A stretch of DNA of 64,000 nt from Balanoglossus misakiensis (taxonomy: Eukaryota; Animalia; Hemichordata): the NCBI GenBank assembly GCA_040954595.2, contig CM082584.2, positions 3,786,110 to 3,850,109 on the forward strand, read 5' to 3'. The notes below the pieces were generated by a model. The model was not told the origin of the DNA. It worked only from the letters and a program-made list of their open reading frames with translations, and searched no databases. A program made the position numbers and the translations under genes. Positions 27,901 through 40,900 of this stretch are shown piece by piece (position 1 is the first letter of the stretch; each line of letters opens with the position of its first letter).

Positions 27901-30900
27901 AATAGCAACATAACCCAATACTACTATTTGCATTGTCATGAATATATACGTACAGCTTAAGTAAAGTGAAAATACAGACAGTTGTTGAAATAATATATGT
28001 GGTGCGCCGTGCTCGATTTTGAGAAATACTCGGGTAGATTCACAGCGCCATTTTTCATAAACAAACACAGTTTCCCCTGCAGAAATTATACACGGATTGT
28101 TATTATACTTACAAATTACTCATCGTAATATCAACAATTAACAGTAACATCCTTAAATCTACTTGATTTTCAAGAATCATCAAGATGTCTTCTCCAAACA
28201 TCAATAACATAATTCTGGTTGGCTGCATTTTGACCTACACGAGTGTCCTCTGTTCTGATATGGAAGACTCCAAAATCAAACTGGAGATATGTTGGAAATT
28301 GTCATTATACACACTACTACTCGGATTTTCAGCAGCCTATGGGGCTCTCTTCTCAAAGACTTGGAGAGTTCACATGATATTTACCAGTGTTAAACAGCAG
28401 AAGAAGGTAAGTTGGACTGTTTTATCATGGTACCTAATATTGAAGCAGGAGACTGGAATAAGCTGGATGTTTCCGAGATATGCTACACCTGGGCCCTGAG
28501 TTCAGGAACGATGAAATTTGAAACATATTTGGAACACAGAAAACTGCTACAAGTCAAACACTTTTAGCTACACACCAAATATCAACTTTGATATCTCAGT
28601 GCGGGTATGCTACAATTTTGTAACATTTTCTGTTTCACCCATTTTTGAACACAAACTAATAGGTAGTCAAAGATAGACAGCTGCTATTACTGGTGTTAGT
28701 CTTTATCGGAATTGACGTCATCACAATTGCAATCTGGGAGGGCCTGGACCCTGTGAAAGCTGTTGTTATCAACTTAAATCAGATGGTGAGTAGGAATTAT
28801 TCTCAGTAAAGCAGCAAAATTACCACGGCACTGTAGAAAAACATCTTGAAGTAACACAACCTGAATGACTTGCAGTTTGTAACTTTCAAGGAATACCATA
28901 TCTATGTCGATAATTTAATAACCAAAAGCGTTCAACCAAGTTGCGATGAAGCTCTTGTTAAAGTAAAGTACTCTGTATCACAGTTGACATGCCCGTATAA
29001 TAATGTGTTATTAATTTGGTAAACGTCACTCAAATTTTAAAAAAAATCTGGTCCTCTTTTTTTTTTTTTTTTTTTTAACATCTGTTTATTATCTCTTAAG
29101 GAAAAAAAGGAACAACAACAACAACAACAACATTACATATTGATCTAACGCTGTGTACATGTAAACATGTGACACCTACAATAAATTATGCATTCGAATT
29201 TTCAGTTCATGCTGTACAAGATTATACAAACGAGCTTTGTGTAGTTCCATACAGTGAAACTTGTGTATAGACCATTTAGCAATCAAAATTAAAAGGTTCA
29301 TCTCATCTAAGTTATCGTTCTTTTCAAGGCCATATACAATATTTTGCCAACTCAAAGGCTTGTGCAAGCCATACAACCTGGTCCTCTTTCCACATATCAT
29401 ATCGCTGATGAACAATAAATCGTTACATACCATCCCTATCTCCTAAATAATGACTTGATGCATCAACCCCCAAGTTTACAGAACAACGAAACCCTACAAG
29501 TTTCACTGTGCAGCCTTCTCACACTTCAGCGAATCATTTCCAATACACAGCCAAATTATGCGCTGATCTGGCGAAATGTCAAGATCGTGATTGTAAAAAC
29601 GACGGGGACAAGTTTCTTTCAAATTCCCGACTCATCAAAGAATTAAAGGAATGCTCTACTTCCAAAAACATGGCTTGATCTATAAGTTAACATTTTCTAG
29701 ACTTATTATTTTAGTTAAATACTGTGTTTTGAATATAAAGTAAACATCAATTGTATAAATAACATTATAATATACCTCATGCTAATACTGTGCCGTGATT
29801 CGCCAGAATCCGTCTCGTGATAAGAAAATAGAATCGACTATGAACCCTACAGGGAAATAGCAGAAAAAATATAAACCGGTCATGTGACCAGCGTGAGTGC
29901 GCAGACTCGGTCACGTCAATCAATCATTGTCTGACACAATGGCCACCGCTGAAGATGTCGTCTGCCAACCTCAAGAGAAAATTGCAAGATTTTCCCAGCT
30001 GTTAGCATGAGGTTTATTATAAAACACCTATAGCCTGGCCTATATTCGGGCCATAGCAGCCGTTTTTACCCCCTCGTGACTGTGAGTTACCAGAATTATA
30101 AGCTATTTCCCGAGGCCGCAGGCCGAGGGAAATAGCTTAATATAATAGCATATGATTCTGGTAACTCACAGCCCCTCGGGTGTAATAAACGGCCGCTATG
30201 GCCCTCATGGCCATGCAATAGGTGTTCAATATAACCACATCATCATATTTAAATAAAATATTTAGATATCATTTTTTTCCATCACTGCCCTATCTATGTT
30301 GCTTACAAGTACACCCAGCTTAAATTTCTAGCTTTTTATCAAACTTTCAGCTGACAAAACCAGTAACAACTTTTCGTTCCAACAGCCGGAAGAGATCGGG
30401 GATCAGATCTACATTTATCAGATTGAGGCTTGCGAATCAAGATATATAACTTACTGGCTTGCAATTATCTACTCCACCAAAGCTTTAATGCTTGTCTTCG
30501 GAATGTTTCTAGCATGGGAAACCAGAAAGGTATGTTTATTACTCTGCTCACAAAGTAATATTGTTGTTATAGATGGTGGGGTGATTGGGAGTTTGTATGA
30601 TCGGAACATGGCGAGAGGATTGGTAATATGATCAGTAAGTGCTGATAATGGTATGGGTCTTTACCGTTCAAGTTATTCGTCTTTTCTGCTCCAAAGGGAA
30701 GAGACACGCGGTCATTGTCGTGCTATATATCAGTTTGGGTTGAAGGAATTTTGCATCAGGACATATATACCATTAGAAATTCCTGATTTTGCCTCTCTGC
30801 TGTAAAATAGGTTTCCATACCAGTCCTCAATGACTCTCGCTACATCGGGATGTGTATCTACAACATCGTTATTCTCAGCTCAGTTGGAGCCCCTGTGTCC

Positions 30901-31731
30901 TACGTACTCAGGTCTCAGCCAGACATTGCATATGGCTTGCAATCGGTGTTTGTGCTGCTGGGGACCACTATCACCCAGTGCCTTGTGATTTTGCCAAAGG
31001 TAGGGAACACTCCCAGTGATTTTGAAGAGAATATTACACTATGAAATTGTTATCATTTCCCTTAACTCAAAGTAGTACATGTAGTATCAAGTTTCGAAAG
31101 AAAACTTTTTCAGTCACTAAATTTTCAACAATAGTGCGATATGGCCGGTGGCAAGAACCATTATACATCCAGTCATGACGTTTGTCATGCCACACTTTCC
31201 GCAAAAGCATTTACTGTGGATTCTAAGTGACGATATAGACCTTGAGCAACTATACCCACATAAAATAAGTGAATTCTCTATGGCCATCCATATTGTGTTC
31301 TGAGAATGCTGCATTCCCTAGAATGTTTGATTGCACACTAAGCTTTACTTGCTGTCAAAACAGTGCCGTTAATGCCACTTTAAAATTAGGAGAAGTCTTT
31401 ATGCGTCTTTTCGTTGCTCAAATATTGCCTTCAACAGATTATGGCTTACAGAGCTGGCGAAGAGATTCCCATGGGAACAAGCAGCATTCGACCAACGTTG
31501 TCACAATCGAATGCCACCAGCCGCAGCCAAGCTTCTTATGACAGAGACGCTGGGCCATCCAAGCCTAACACATCTGCGGGTCCAAATTTGCATGTCACCG
31601 TCGGAGTACAGTTAGTATTCTTCATCAGTCGGAATGTTCTTCTCACACACACACTGTCACTGGCATCTGTGACTGGTTTTAGAAAATACATTTGGCTGCT
31701 TGTTTACAAGTCAGCTCAAACTTGCATATGA
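18988..31731 (+). CDS. GABA-B-receptor-like class C GPCR (signal peptide, Venus flytrap domain, 7TM), ~822 aa, 17 coding exons
   Basis: In-phase GT-AG exons: 18988-19251, 20156-20293, 20463-20633, 21309-21410, 22046-22111, 23288-23422, 23843-23908, 24541-24691, 25212-25306, 26054-26117, 26307-26390, 26872-27022, 28175-28406, 28663-28785, 30386-30529, 30811-30999, 31438-31731. GABA-B family motifs include [78 protein letters not shown] and LPK. The end of the last exon is less certain. Confidence 0.93.
19285..19632. mobile_element. TTAA-flanked palindromic MITE (Kolobok-like) in GPCR intron 1
   Basis: TTAA|AGGGACAAAGACTCTCTC ... GAGAGAGACTGTGTCCCT|TTAA. Internal arms are also inverted. The same family recurs at 23937-24190 and 52842-53048. 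Confidence 0.85.
22690..22945. repeat. dispersed repeat; inverted copy at ~59985-60225
   Basis: TACCTGATACATGTTACGTGTCTGGCGGTTCTAAAGTATAAATATACCTGGAAAAG...GTCACATGGCCAGATCACGTGATTGATAG matches the reverse complement of 59985-60120. Confidence 0.8.
23937..24190. mobile_element. truncated copy of the AGGGACAAAG MITE family
   Basis: Starts TTAA|AGGGACAAAGTCTCTCTCTCTCGCTGCC and is colinear with 19285 onward. The right end is lost. Confidence 0.8.
25745..25850. repeat. (CATA)n(CAGA)n compound microsatellite within a dispersed repeat
   Basis: Directly visible. Confidence 0.95.
29056..29720 (-). mobile_element. 3' end of an L1/Tx1-like LINE in GPCR intron 14
   Basis: Poly(T) at 29056-29076 is the poly(A) tail on the minus strand, with AATAAA nearby. 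ORF 29176..29433 has the typical ORF2 C-terminal [15 protein letters not shown]. Confidence 0.7.
30023..30226. repeat. ~200-bp palindromic element centred on CCGAGGCCGCAGGCCGAGGG
   Basis: AACACCTATAGC..GGGCCATAGC..CTGTGAGTTACCAGAAT..AGCTATTTCCC pairs with GGGAAATAGCT..ATTCTGGTAACTCACAG..GCTATGGCCC..ATAGGTGTT. Confidence 0.8.
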
Positions 31732-32329
31732 ATGTCTTATAGTGTGTTCGGATAATGATGTATTTCCTCCATCAATTATGCCATGATTTTTGACTTAATC
31801 ATACATCAATTAAACAATAAATCTATCCATCAATCCATTTATCTATCCATGCAAACAATCAACCAATCAGTCAATCTATCACAAACATTATCATCATCAT
31901 TATCATCATAATCATCACCACATTTTCTGTGTTTGTAATCTTTCAGGGTAAATCTATAAGCGAATGCAATAAACTTCGTATGACTGGTAGGTGGTTGCAG
32001 TGCCCAGAAAATATTATAAATCATCTTTATATCGGAGCTTCGCACTGCTGTACAAGAAGGGTGACGCCAGTGGCAGCAAAATACCAGAAATCAAATCATC
32101 CACCCATCAATCAATCAATCAGTCAATCAGCCAACCAACCAATCATGCTTCTTAATTTCCACAACCGATCGTCTCGTTTTTACCACATGATGTTCTTTCT
32201 TTGTCAGAAACTGTAAACTGTTTACAAGTAAACCAACACTTTCTTTATTAGAAACAGTGTGATTTAAATGTTAACCCAAATTTTTAGAACGTCCATCACG
32301 ACTTGGCCATTGGCAACGATCAAAATTTG

Positions 32330-33250
32330 AGTGAACTTTGACGTACAAACTTTGTTTTATTTTTACTGGGTAAATAAACGGCAACGAGATATGCTGGGAA
32401 TTGAACTCAGGCCCTCCATTACAAGGTGTCTCATATGTCTGGTACTGCAGGAGGGAATTTCTGCAGGCACCTTGTCAAAAATGCTATATAAGGTTATGAC
32501 ACGACTTTACTCAGTCCAAGTGAAGATGGTTAATGTTATATCCTCGGGGTTTGTGAACTACATGGCAAAAATGTGATATAATTTATAATTCTAGCAAAAC
32601 TTGATGGTATTTAATTGGAAGAAAATGAACATTCATAGAATACCTTCGGTAAAATATAATGATAATACCTTGAATTTTGTTTCTGTGCACACCTATCTGG
32701 ACCATGTTATATCTTGCCATGGCTTTGATAATGAGGATATCGAAAGACAGAGACGTGCATTTTGCGTAAGAGCTAGCATGCTGCTTAGACAATTTAAAGT
32801 TCGTGGTGCAGATGTGAAGAAAGTGTTATTTTTGTATAGTATTTACAGTTGCAGTCTGTGAGTATGCTTTGAAGTTAAACTGAATGATGAACAAATTCAA
32901 AACTGTGTATAACAATGTCTGGGAAAGACTTCCTGGTCTTCCTCATTTTGTAGCATGTGTAGTGCCTCAGCTATGTTCACTACAAACCATGTCATGTCTC
33001 TAGGTGAGGTTCTTAGGCGTAGTATGTACAGTTTTAAGTGTAGGCTTGAAAATTCAGCAAATATTTTACTTGCTGCGATCTGTTCATCAGATAGAGTGAC
33101 CGATAGTGCATTTTCAAGCTTTGGAGAAAGCAATTGTATCTCCTGCAATTTCTTCATGTATTTTTTCATATCGATGACTGAGTAGATTTTCCAGTTATTT
33201 TCATCCATATTTTCTGCATATGGACTATTTTTTAAAGTCTGAATTAAAGT
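32330..33250 (+). mobile_element. degenerate LINE 3' fragment (RT thumb / C-terminal region)
   Basis: ORF 32601..32861 HTYLDHVIS...DNEDIERQRRAFCVRASMLLRQF...DVKKVLF and 32955.. CSASAMF..NHV resemble L2/CR1-group ORF2 C-termini. Confidence 0.7.
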
Positions 33251-36200
33251 GCTAAATTACTATGCACTATGCATAGTAATGTGCACTGGAAACTGTGGTC
33301 AAATATCTGCCACAGATTTCATTAGTCAAGACAGTCACGTATGTTGTGGTTGATGGTTTTGAAAATGTCATATATGTTGTGTTTGTATATAGATTAAACA
33401 TTATAATTAAAGTTGATATGAGTTACTACAGTAGTAAATAATGTGATGTACATCACATTTGAAAATCTTCAAACAACATAGCCTAATAATAAGGCCTAGT
33501 TGACATTTTAACTTAAAATAATCTGGAAAAGTAGAATTTCTGATCCCTATTTACGAGATTATTGTGCGTTCTATATGGTGTCATATAACAAGGCAGTAAA
33601 TTCATTTTGATTCACATTTTTCTGAACTATGTTATGAAAGAACTGTTAAAGAAGAAATCCGTTCCAGCTGATTTCTACATAATTTAGTAGTTTTGAGGTC
33701 ACTCTTTCAGAAAAAAACATGTTCGGCATGTATAAGTCGCGCAATTATTTTTACAAAATCGAGGGAAAGATGGCAGAATTTCCAATATGGCGTTTACTGT
33801 AATTTGAATCATGCGAAAAAAAGTGCCAGGACCAACTTCCGCCTACCCTGGTGTGGGTGATACCATTTTCCGATTGGTGTCACTGCGTGACAGGCTAAGT
33901 GTATTTGCATATATTTCATGGGTTATAGCTCATGAAAACTGTCAACAGATGACAAATTTTCGACTTTGCTCCTGATTGTTTATCAACTACCGGAAATTAG
34001 AAACAATAGTTATGCAAATACGTCTAGTCTGTCGCCTACAATGCATAATGTTTTCATAGCAAAGGACAATAGATTACTAAGCAGACATACACAAGGAACT
34101 AAAGCATCAACTCATGTGAGATGGCATACTGTGTTCATCCGCAATTAGCGCAGAAAGACATTTCTATGGTAACACTAAGAACTGTAAGACATAGTAGGGT
34201 AGTATGTAAGCATCTAAACCTTTGTAATCTCAATTAGAAAACATGCATCTTTACAACCTTAAACAATAAGACTGATGAAATAAATGCAATCGTTATTATG
34301 TTGGTGTTGTTTTGTTTTTGTAAATTCAGCATGGTGATTGTGAGCTATTATTGTATTGTATACACATTTAACTTTAAAATGCAATAAAGACAACATACGA
34401 TGACAAAACATAATTGTTTTTATTTCCAAGTCATTGTATTTGTGGAGATAAATCAGCTGGTTTCCACTTTGATGATATAAAAAGCATCAAAAATTAAACT
34501 GATCAAAGAAATGATTTTTCCAAGTTCTCAATAGACCCATGACAAACATGAAATGAAAACATAGCGTCAAGGATACTGTGGTCCCATTTCGGGATTACAG
34601 GGAAAGAGATTTACACCAGAATTAAAATCACAGGTGACATTAGCAAGAAGATATGCGCGTATTACTTTTACTTTTTATTTTACTCTGCAATCCAGAGACG
34701 GTCGTTCATTGGCCAAGCAACGCAATCGTTTTTGTTATGCAACTTATGGTCATTTGCATAAAATGCCGTGAAAATGCCTCTCTCTCCACTGAAAATTATT
34801 CCCACGTGACTAGTTTGCGTCGTTCCGTACTGAAATTGGCTCGAGAAAACTGATAACACGTGTGATGCATGACTTCTTTTGTATTAGTTTTAAACATAAT
34901 ATTGCACAGGATTAAAAACGACCTGATCTTGCCATTTTAACACGCTTTCTACGGAGACGGAAAAATGCCACTTTTATGTTGCCGGCAACAACAATGTATA
35001 CTAGTAGTCGGCAGTGATTATGCAATAATGAAGATACGCTTCAAAGGCCCAGGTGCGAGCGCCTGTTGACGCTAGCGCCCAAGTACATGTACTACTGTCT
35101 TTCTTCAAATGAGGCAATAAATTATTTCTAGTCGCCAGAAACGTATACCATATTAAGAATACCTTCCATGACACAGACAGGTATTGTTGTACCATTTCCC
35201 ACAATTCTGAGTGGAATTGGTATTTCATTTAGTGTTCGTTAAACTGATTCTATGCGACATGGTGACATCCAATATTTGTGTGTGAGTCACTCTTAAGTGT
35301 TGACAGGCAATGCGTGAGTTACTGAAAAAGCCTGTAGACGCGATAAAACTGTGATAGAAAACATTGTCGGTGATAGAATATACGCTCTGATAGTTTACAA
35401 ATTTGTTTTATGACTTTTCTTGTTTTTTCGTGGGCACCTGGAGAGTGATATATTCACATTCATGTTGTCAACAGGAACATTACGACGTTTTAAAGGAAAT
35501 TCAATTACATTTTACAAACACAGTGCAAAATGTATACGGATGCAATATTTGACCAACGGTCCCCAACGTAATAAATTAAGAAAGGAGTACGTCAAAACAG
35601 TACCGCAAAATCACCCGGATCGAATGTGGCATTTACACCATAAAAGTACCAAAGCCCAATTTACACGCATGTGTTTATAACATTGACAGGCGTCATTGAA
35701 AAACAAAATGCTACTTGTGTTTTCTGTTAATGTTAAAGGCCCATGACCTGTAACAGCTGGTTATTTTTTCCAAAATGACAACTTTTTATTTATCAACTAC
35801 AATTTTTTTTCTGTCCTCACTACATTACGAGTATACCAACATGCAGCTTTCAGCTCGTCAGTAAATCATACACATGTGTAGAGACGATTGTTATTTTGGA
35901 CAAATGCATGAAGTCCTGACCTGACTTCAGTTTTTGAACAACACCAATTATGAATGCATTGACTGTATTGAGAAGATATTAGAAATCTGCTTTAGGGAAC
36001 CGACAGGGAACATTATTGACACACAGAATAAAAATGCTGAAAAAAAGCAAAACAAAAACAAAAACAAAATGTACAGATAGTGGAGCTTTAAATCGTATGA
36101 CCAATGGTATAAAAAGTCAAAAATGAGAAGTTGTTGAATTGTTGTTTTATTCTTGTACATTTTATGAGCCTAAAACACGTATGCTCAAACTCCCCCCCCC

Positions 36201-37228
36201 CCCCCCCCCACACACACACACATGTTACTTTTGACCGGATAAATCGAACCGGATTTGTTGTTGCCGAGGGCAGAATTTTCAGCAAGGAAGTAAAATGCAG
36301 TGAACGTACGAAAGATTTCGAAACTGAAGCGAAACAAGCCATATTACTGGGGTTCTAACATAAGCCCCACCCCCCCCCCACCCCGGCAATTTTTTGCAGA
36401 TGTTTTTTTTATATTCCCGCATGGATGCCGCGGTAGCCATTGATGACTCGTTGCTAGGCACGTCGTGTGTATTGCCATTAGTGGGTTGCAGGATGATGAT
36501 CAAGCGCGCTGGCAGAGAGCCAAATATAATGTATGTGTGTAGAATAAGGATCTTGTCATAGAAGAGTGAGTGGGACATTGTTCACATTGGCGGTATCACC
36601 CTCTTTGTCAGGTTGCTCATTCGTGACGACATGCTATCACATACTAGGTATCAAAAGGTGCGTGGGCAGAAAGCCGGCGGACAGAACTCGTTTGATCGAT
36701 GAACTTTAGTTGGAAAACGGTAGGGGAAGAGCAAACAATATTCTAGTTGCCCTGGCACGTACATGTATCTGCATCAGTTGCATTTTCTGAACGACGCCCA
36801 ATGACCCCTACCCTTTCGTACGAATGCTGGTGTATAATTAAAATAGCCATAAAAGAGCACATTATTTCTGAAATTCTGTCTTTCAAAAGCGAGTGAATTC
36901 GTACCTCGGATCAAAAGACCATTCATCATAAAAAATATTTCAATGTACAACGGAAAAAAAACTGCTGAGTGAAGCTTGCCTTGGAAGTCGAAAGCCAGCT
37001 AACCTGTGCGATAGATAGACCACCTGTCAAGTCACCTCTTATTTACAGCGTAATAATTTAAAGGGTGCAACATAAAGAACAAGCCCTCTCATAATTATTA
37101 TTCAAATAATTTATCTGTTTACTCTATGTCCATCAGGCTTAACAGTGTTTACATTTTGTCAGAGCTAAAGCTACATTAACTAAAGCATGACTACCATCCG
37201 CCCGCTCAATCCCGCAATGCTAAAATTA

Positions 37229-37371
37229 AGCAATAAAACACCCCCAGCCATGGTATATCACGAGATTTTGACCAGTTCACGACATATACGCACGAGCGAT
37301 AGCGAGTGCGTATATGGAGTTGAACTGGTCAAAATCGAGTGGTATACCATGGCTGGGGGTGTTTTATTGCT
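37229..37371. repeat. ~140-bp palindromic element centred on CACGAGCGATAGCGAGTG
   Basis: AGCAATAAAACACCCCCAGCCATGGTATA..GATTTTGACCAGTTCA pairs with TGAACTGGTCAAAATC..TATACCATGGCTGGGGGTGTTTTATTGCT. Confidence 0.85.
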
Positions 37372-37956
37372 ATTATATTATGCCAGTATATTGAAACTTT
37401 GCATAAAACATTTTAAAAAGGCATTTTCTTTAACTATGGTATATGACTGTGGTATATGGCTAATATATCACGGTCACGTGTCGTGTCTCGACCAATCAAA
37501 TAGCGTGATTTAAACCATCAATATACTGGTATAATATAATACTCAATACAACACTGCTAAAACGGACCCTGAACTAGCATGCGGCAGCAAAAATGTGCGG
37601 TTGAACCACAGCCGCGTGGGGTTAAACAAAATAAATAAAATAAAAACACTGATGAATTTGCGGACGTTTAATTGTTGAACAGCTCTGTGGAAATATTTGG
37701 CGCTTTGCCATGCGCGATGCCTTTCTTGTCACTTTTTGTCGTCTGCTCCATTGTTAATGCTCGATCCCGGGCACCCGCGACGGGGTTTTTGCTTAAATGT
37801 TGATTTGACTTGTTATTAATATTAAAACTTTCATGCTGTTTTTTGTCATTAAAACGAATGAATTCTTTTAAAAGACACAACTGACAGACAAAAGATCACA
37901 TGGAGTCGGCGAGCGTGGTTAGGCTACGTCTGTGCGATCATTCCAGAGTTACGACA

Positions 37957-40900
37957 ATGCTTCAAAGAAAATTGATCGTATTAATTTTCGTTTGTGTGCT
38001 CTCCTTGTTTGAGTTTCCGAAAAGTGATGGCCACTTTCAGCAGCACCGTAAGTATTTAGACCAAGGAAATATTCTGTCTCGCATTTCACATTTTTCTACG
38101 CGTCGAAATATGTTACACTGTAAATCGAACGCAATACTGTCACGATTTCTCAATAATCGAATATTACAAGCGCGTTTGAACGTGAACCTTCGTTTGTCGG
38201 TGGGCGATTTTTAATGAATGCAAAATTATTTTTATCTGCACTTTATGCCAACGTTACAGTTTGTGAAGATAAATGGGACCATTACAAAGGCAAGTGTTAC
38301 TACGTGTTCCCAGGAGAATTTTACCCTTACCGAGAGGCGAGAACGGTTTGTTCTGGTCTTGGTGGAATGTTGGTTAAGATAACCAACGATCAAGAGCAAC
38401 TGTATTTGAAAGGTAGGATATGATACAACATTTTCACTATAGAAATCTTGGGGATTATACTTGCGCGTTCATCAAAATCGCTTTGCCCACTCGTATACAT
38501 ATATGCGGATATACCTCACTCTCACTATCCTCAAATGACGCAATATTTTTGACAATGTCATGCGTGAGCAGTCGATGTTGCCACTGGGATCAGAGACACT
38601 TGATGAGTCGATCTGTGTCCCCGAACACAAAGTTGAAGCATGGACTTTGGCGCTCGGTCCCACAGAGAGCGTGTTGCTGTAACACAGGCTCAGGTCTGCG
38701 AGGTGGCCAGGAAAACACGTCTCAAATCTGAAACTTTTCGTAACATTTTATGCAAGTATTTGAGCTGGGACATTTCAGAAACAATTCAATGGTTCCTGTG
38801 TCCGACTTTTCTATGTCGATTTCTATTTTTTCCAGGGTATATGCTGTTGAACAGAGATCTGTGGATTGGAGCAACCGACCTTGAACATGAAGGAAGATGG
38901 AAGTGGGAAGATGGAACTGCTGTAAGTCTTCACATTATTTGAACCAGTTGCATAATTGGGTCGAACATTTGCTCGTATCAAACATACATGTACCCATCAT
39001 TAATAGGTTTAACATACATGTAAATGTTACACAGTCAAGTATTTATTTTCACAGTACCGAAGTAATATATCAGCACTCAGAAGTCAGTCAAGTAAATAGC
39101 ACAGTCAACGGTTTTAGCAACTCTAACCAACGATTTATATCACATTGCTTCAGAAACTACATACAGTTTGTCAGTCAGCGCGGTTTCGCGATGCTGATCG
39201 ACAATTGCGCGCCGATTATTGGCCTACACGGGTAGACTCACTCCATCGCTCCGAAATATGAACAAGCAAGCTGCATGCGCTGAAAATGACACAAGCAATG
39301 AATCATATCCTGGACGAGGTTTTAGTGCAGCCTGGTGCTGGGTTCTCTCGATGCAGCCAGCGTGGTCTTGTCATATTTTCTGTTCACTGGTTTTGATGCG
39401 ATATCCGCCGTGAAAGCAATCGACTGTAAAGTACACGATATAAGAGCCCAAGCACAGGCATTTGGGAAATGTAGTTGATAAATACAAAAGCCATTCCTCC
39501 TGGTGTTGTATATATAGAATTTTTGAAAATTTCAATTGCTATCCGCATTGTGATTGTGACCAAGGACTTTATGAATAGATAAATATCTCTAAATGAAGCA
39601 TATTGATTGTGATTGGCAAATTGTTATAGGCCTATGATAAATATAACTGCTACTAATAATATGTGTGTTTTGTTTAAATTGAATTTTTGAAATTTTACAT
39701 AGATGGCTTCACACTATACTTTGCATTATTCTACAATATATTCTGTACATGGGCAATCTCGGTTACCGCCTGCATGTCCTTCGGGACACAGGATATGATT
39801 CTTCTTAAAGTTATGGTTAATTTACTGGAGATGCTTTACATAATAGGGAGGGAGTCAGAAAACTTCCTTGGTGTGCAATGAACACATGTATGCCGCATTT
39901 TGAAGAATTGTCACTTCGGAAGAAAAGTGGAGTATTTTACAATGTTGCGACCTAATCGGTAACTAACAGTGGAATAGCGTTTAAATGCTAGTCATTAATA
40001 TTATAATTACAAACGCGTCTTTGTTTCCAACAGGTAACATACTCTCACTGGTATCCTGGGCAACCCGATAATGACAACAAAAATGAACATTGTGCCTTTT
40101 TGAACAAAGATGGAGATGCGAAATGGTGTGACAATCGGTGCTCAAATCGTAAGGGATTCGTTTGTGAAAAGGATACATGTAAGTACGTCTTTGATTTAGG
40201 GTTTTCTAAGTCATTCAATGCACGAGTCCAAGTTCACGGGCAGTCACTGACTGTATGGTAGTCCACATACCGGAAACCTACCCAAAATATGTCTGAAACG
40301 CCAACTCTGACAAATGGGTGGTATGCCTGAATAAATGTCCAGGGAGGAATAATTACTACTCCGATTCCATAACAGAAGACCAGCTTCATCAAAAAAAACC
40401 TTGACCGTGTACTTAACATGACCGAAGGCTCCGGCTAATTTTGATGATTAGTGACGGGCTTTGAACAATTACCCGTGTACAATTTCGGGAAGCCGTGAAC
40501 ACTTTGAGTAAGGAAGAACGACCCATGCGAGACTCGAACCCACACTGCAAAAGACAATGTTCTCTTGTTTTCTGTGCAGTATGTAAAGTTACCGCCGTCG
40601 GTATAGAAAGTGGCGCCATTCCTGACTCACAGATGACTGCCAGTAGCTATTACGATGCAAAACACGCACCTTACCAAGGAAGACTAAATTATCATAAAAC
40701 CGGGGTTTACCAGGCTTGGTGTCCAAGACTTCACGAAGTCGGACAGTGGTTACAAATAGACCTCGGTCGTACCGAGAAGGTTGTCAAAGTGGCGACGCAG
40801 GTAAGGAATCTTCTCTATCGCCTCTAATTCTTTGCCCTTTTTTTCGGAGCCCATGTCGAACATTTTTGTGATAGAGAACCAGGATTTATGTATAGCTGAA

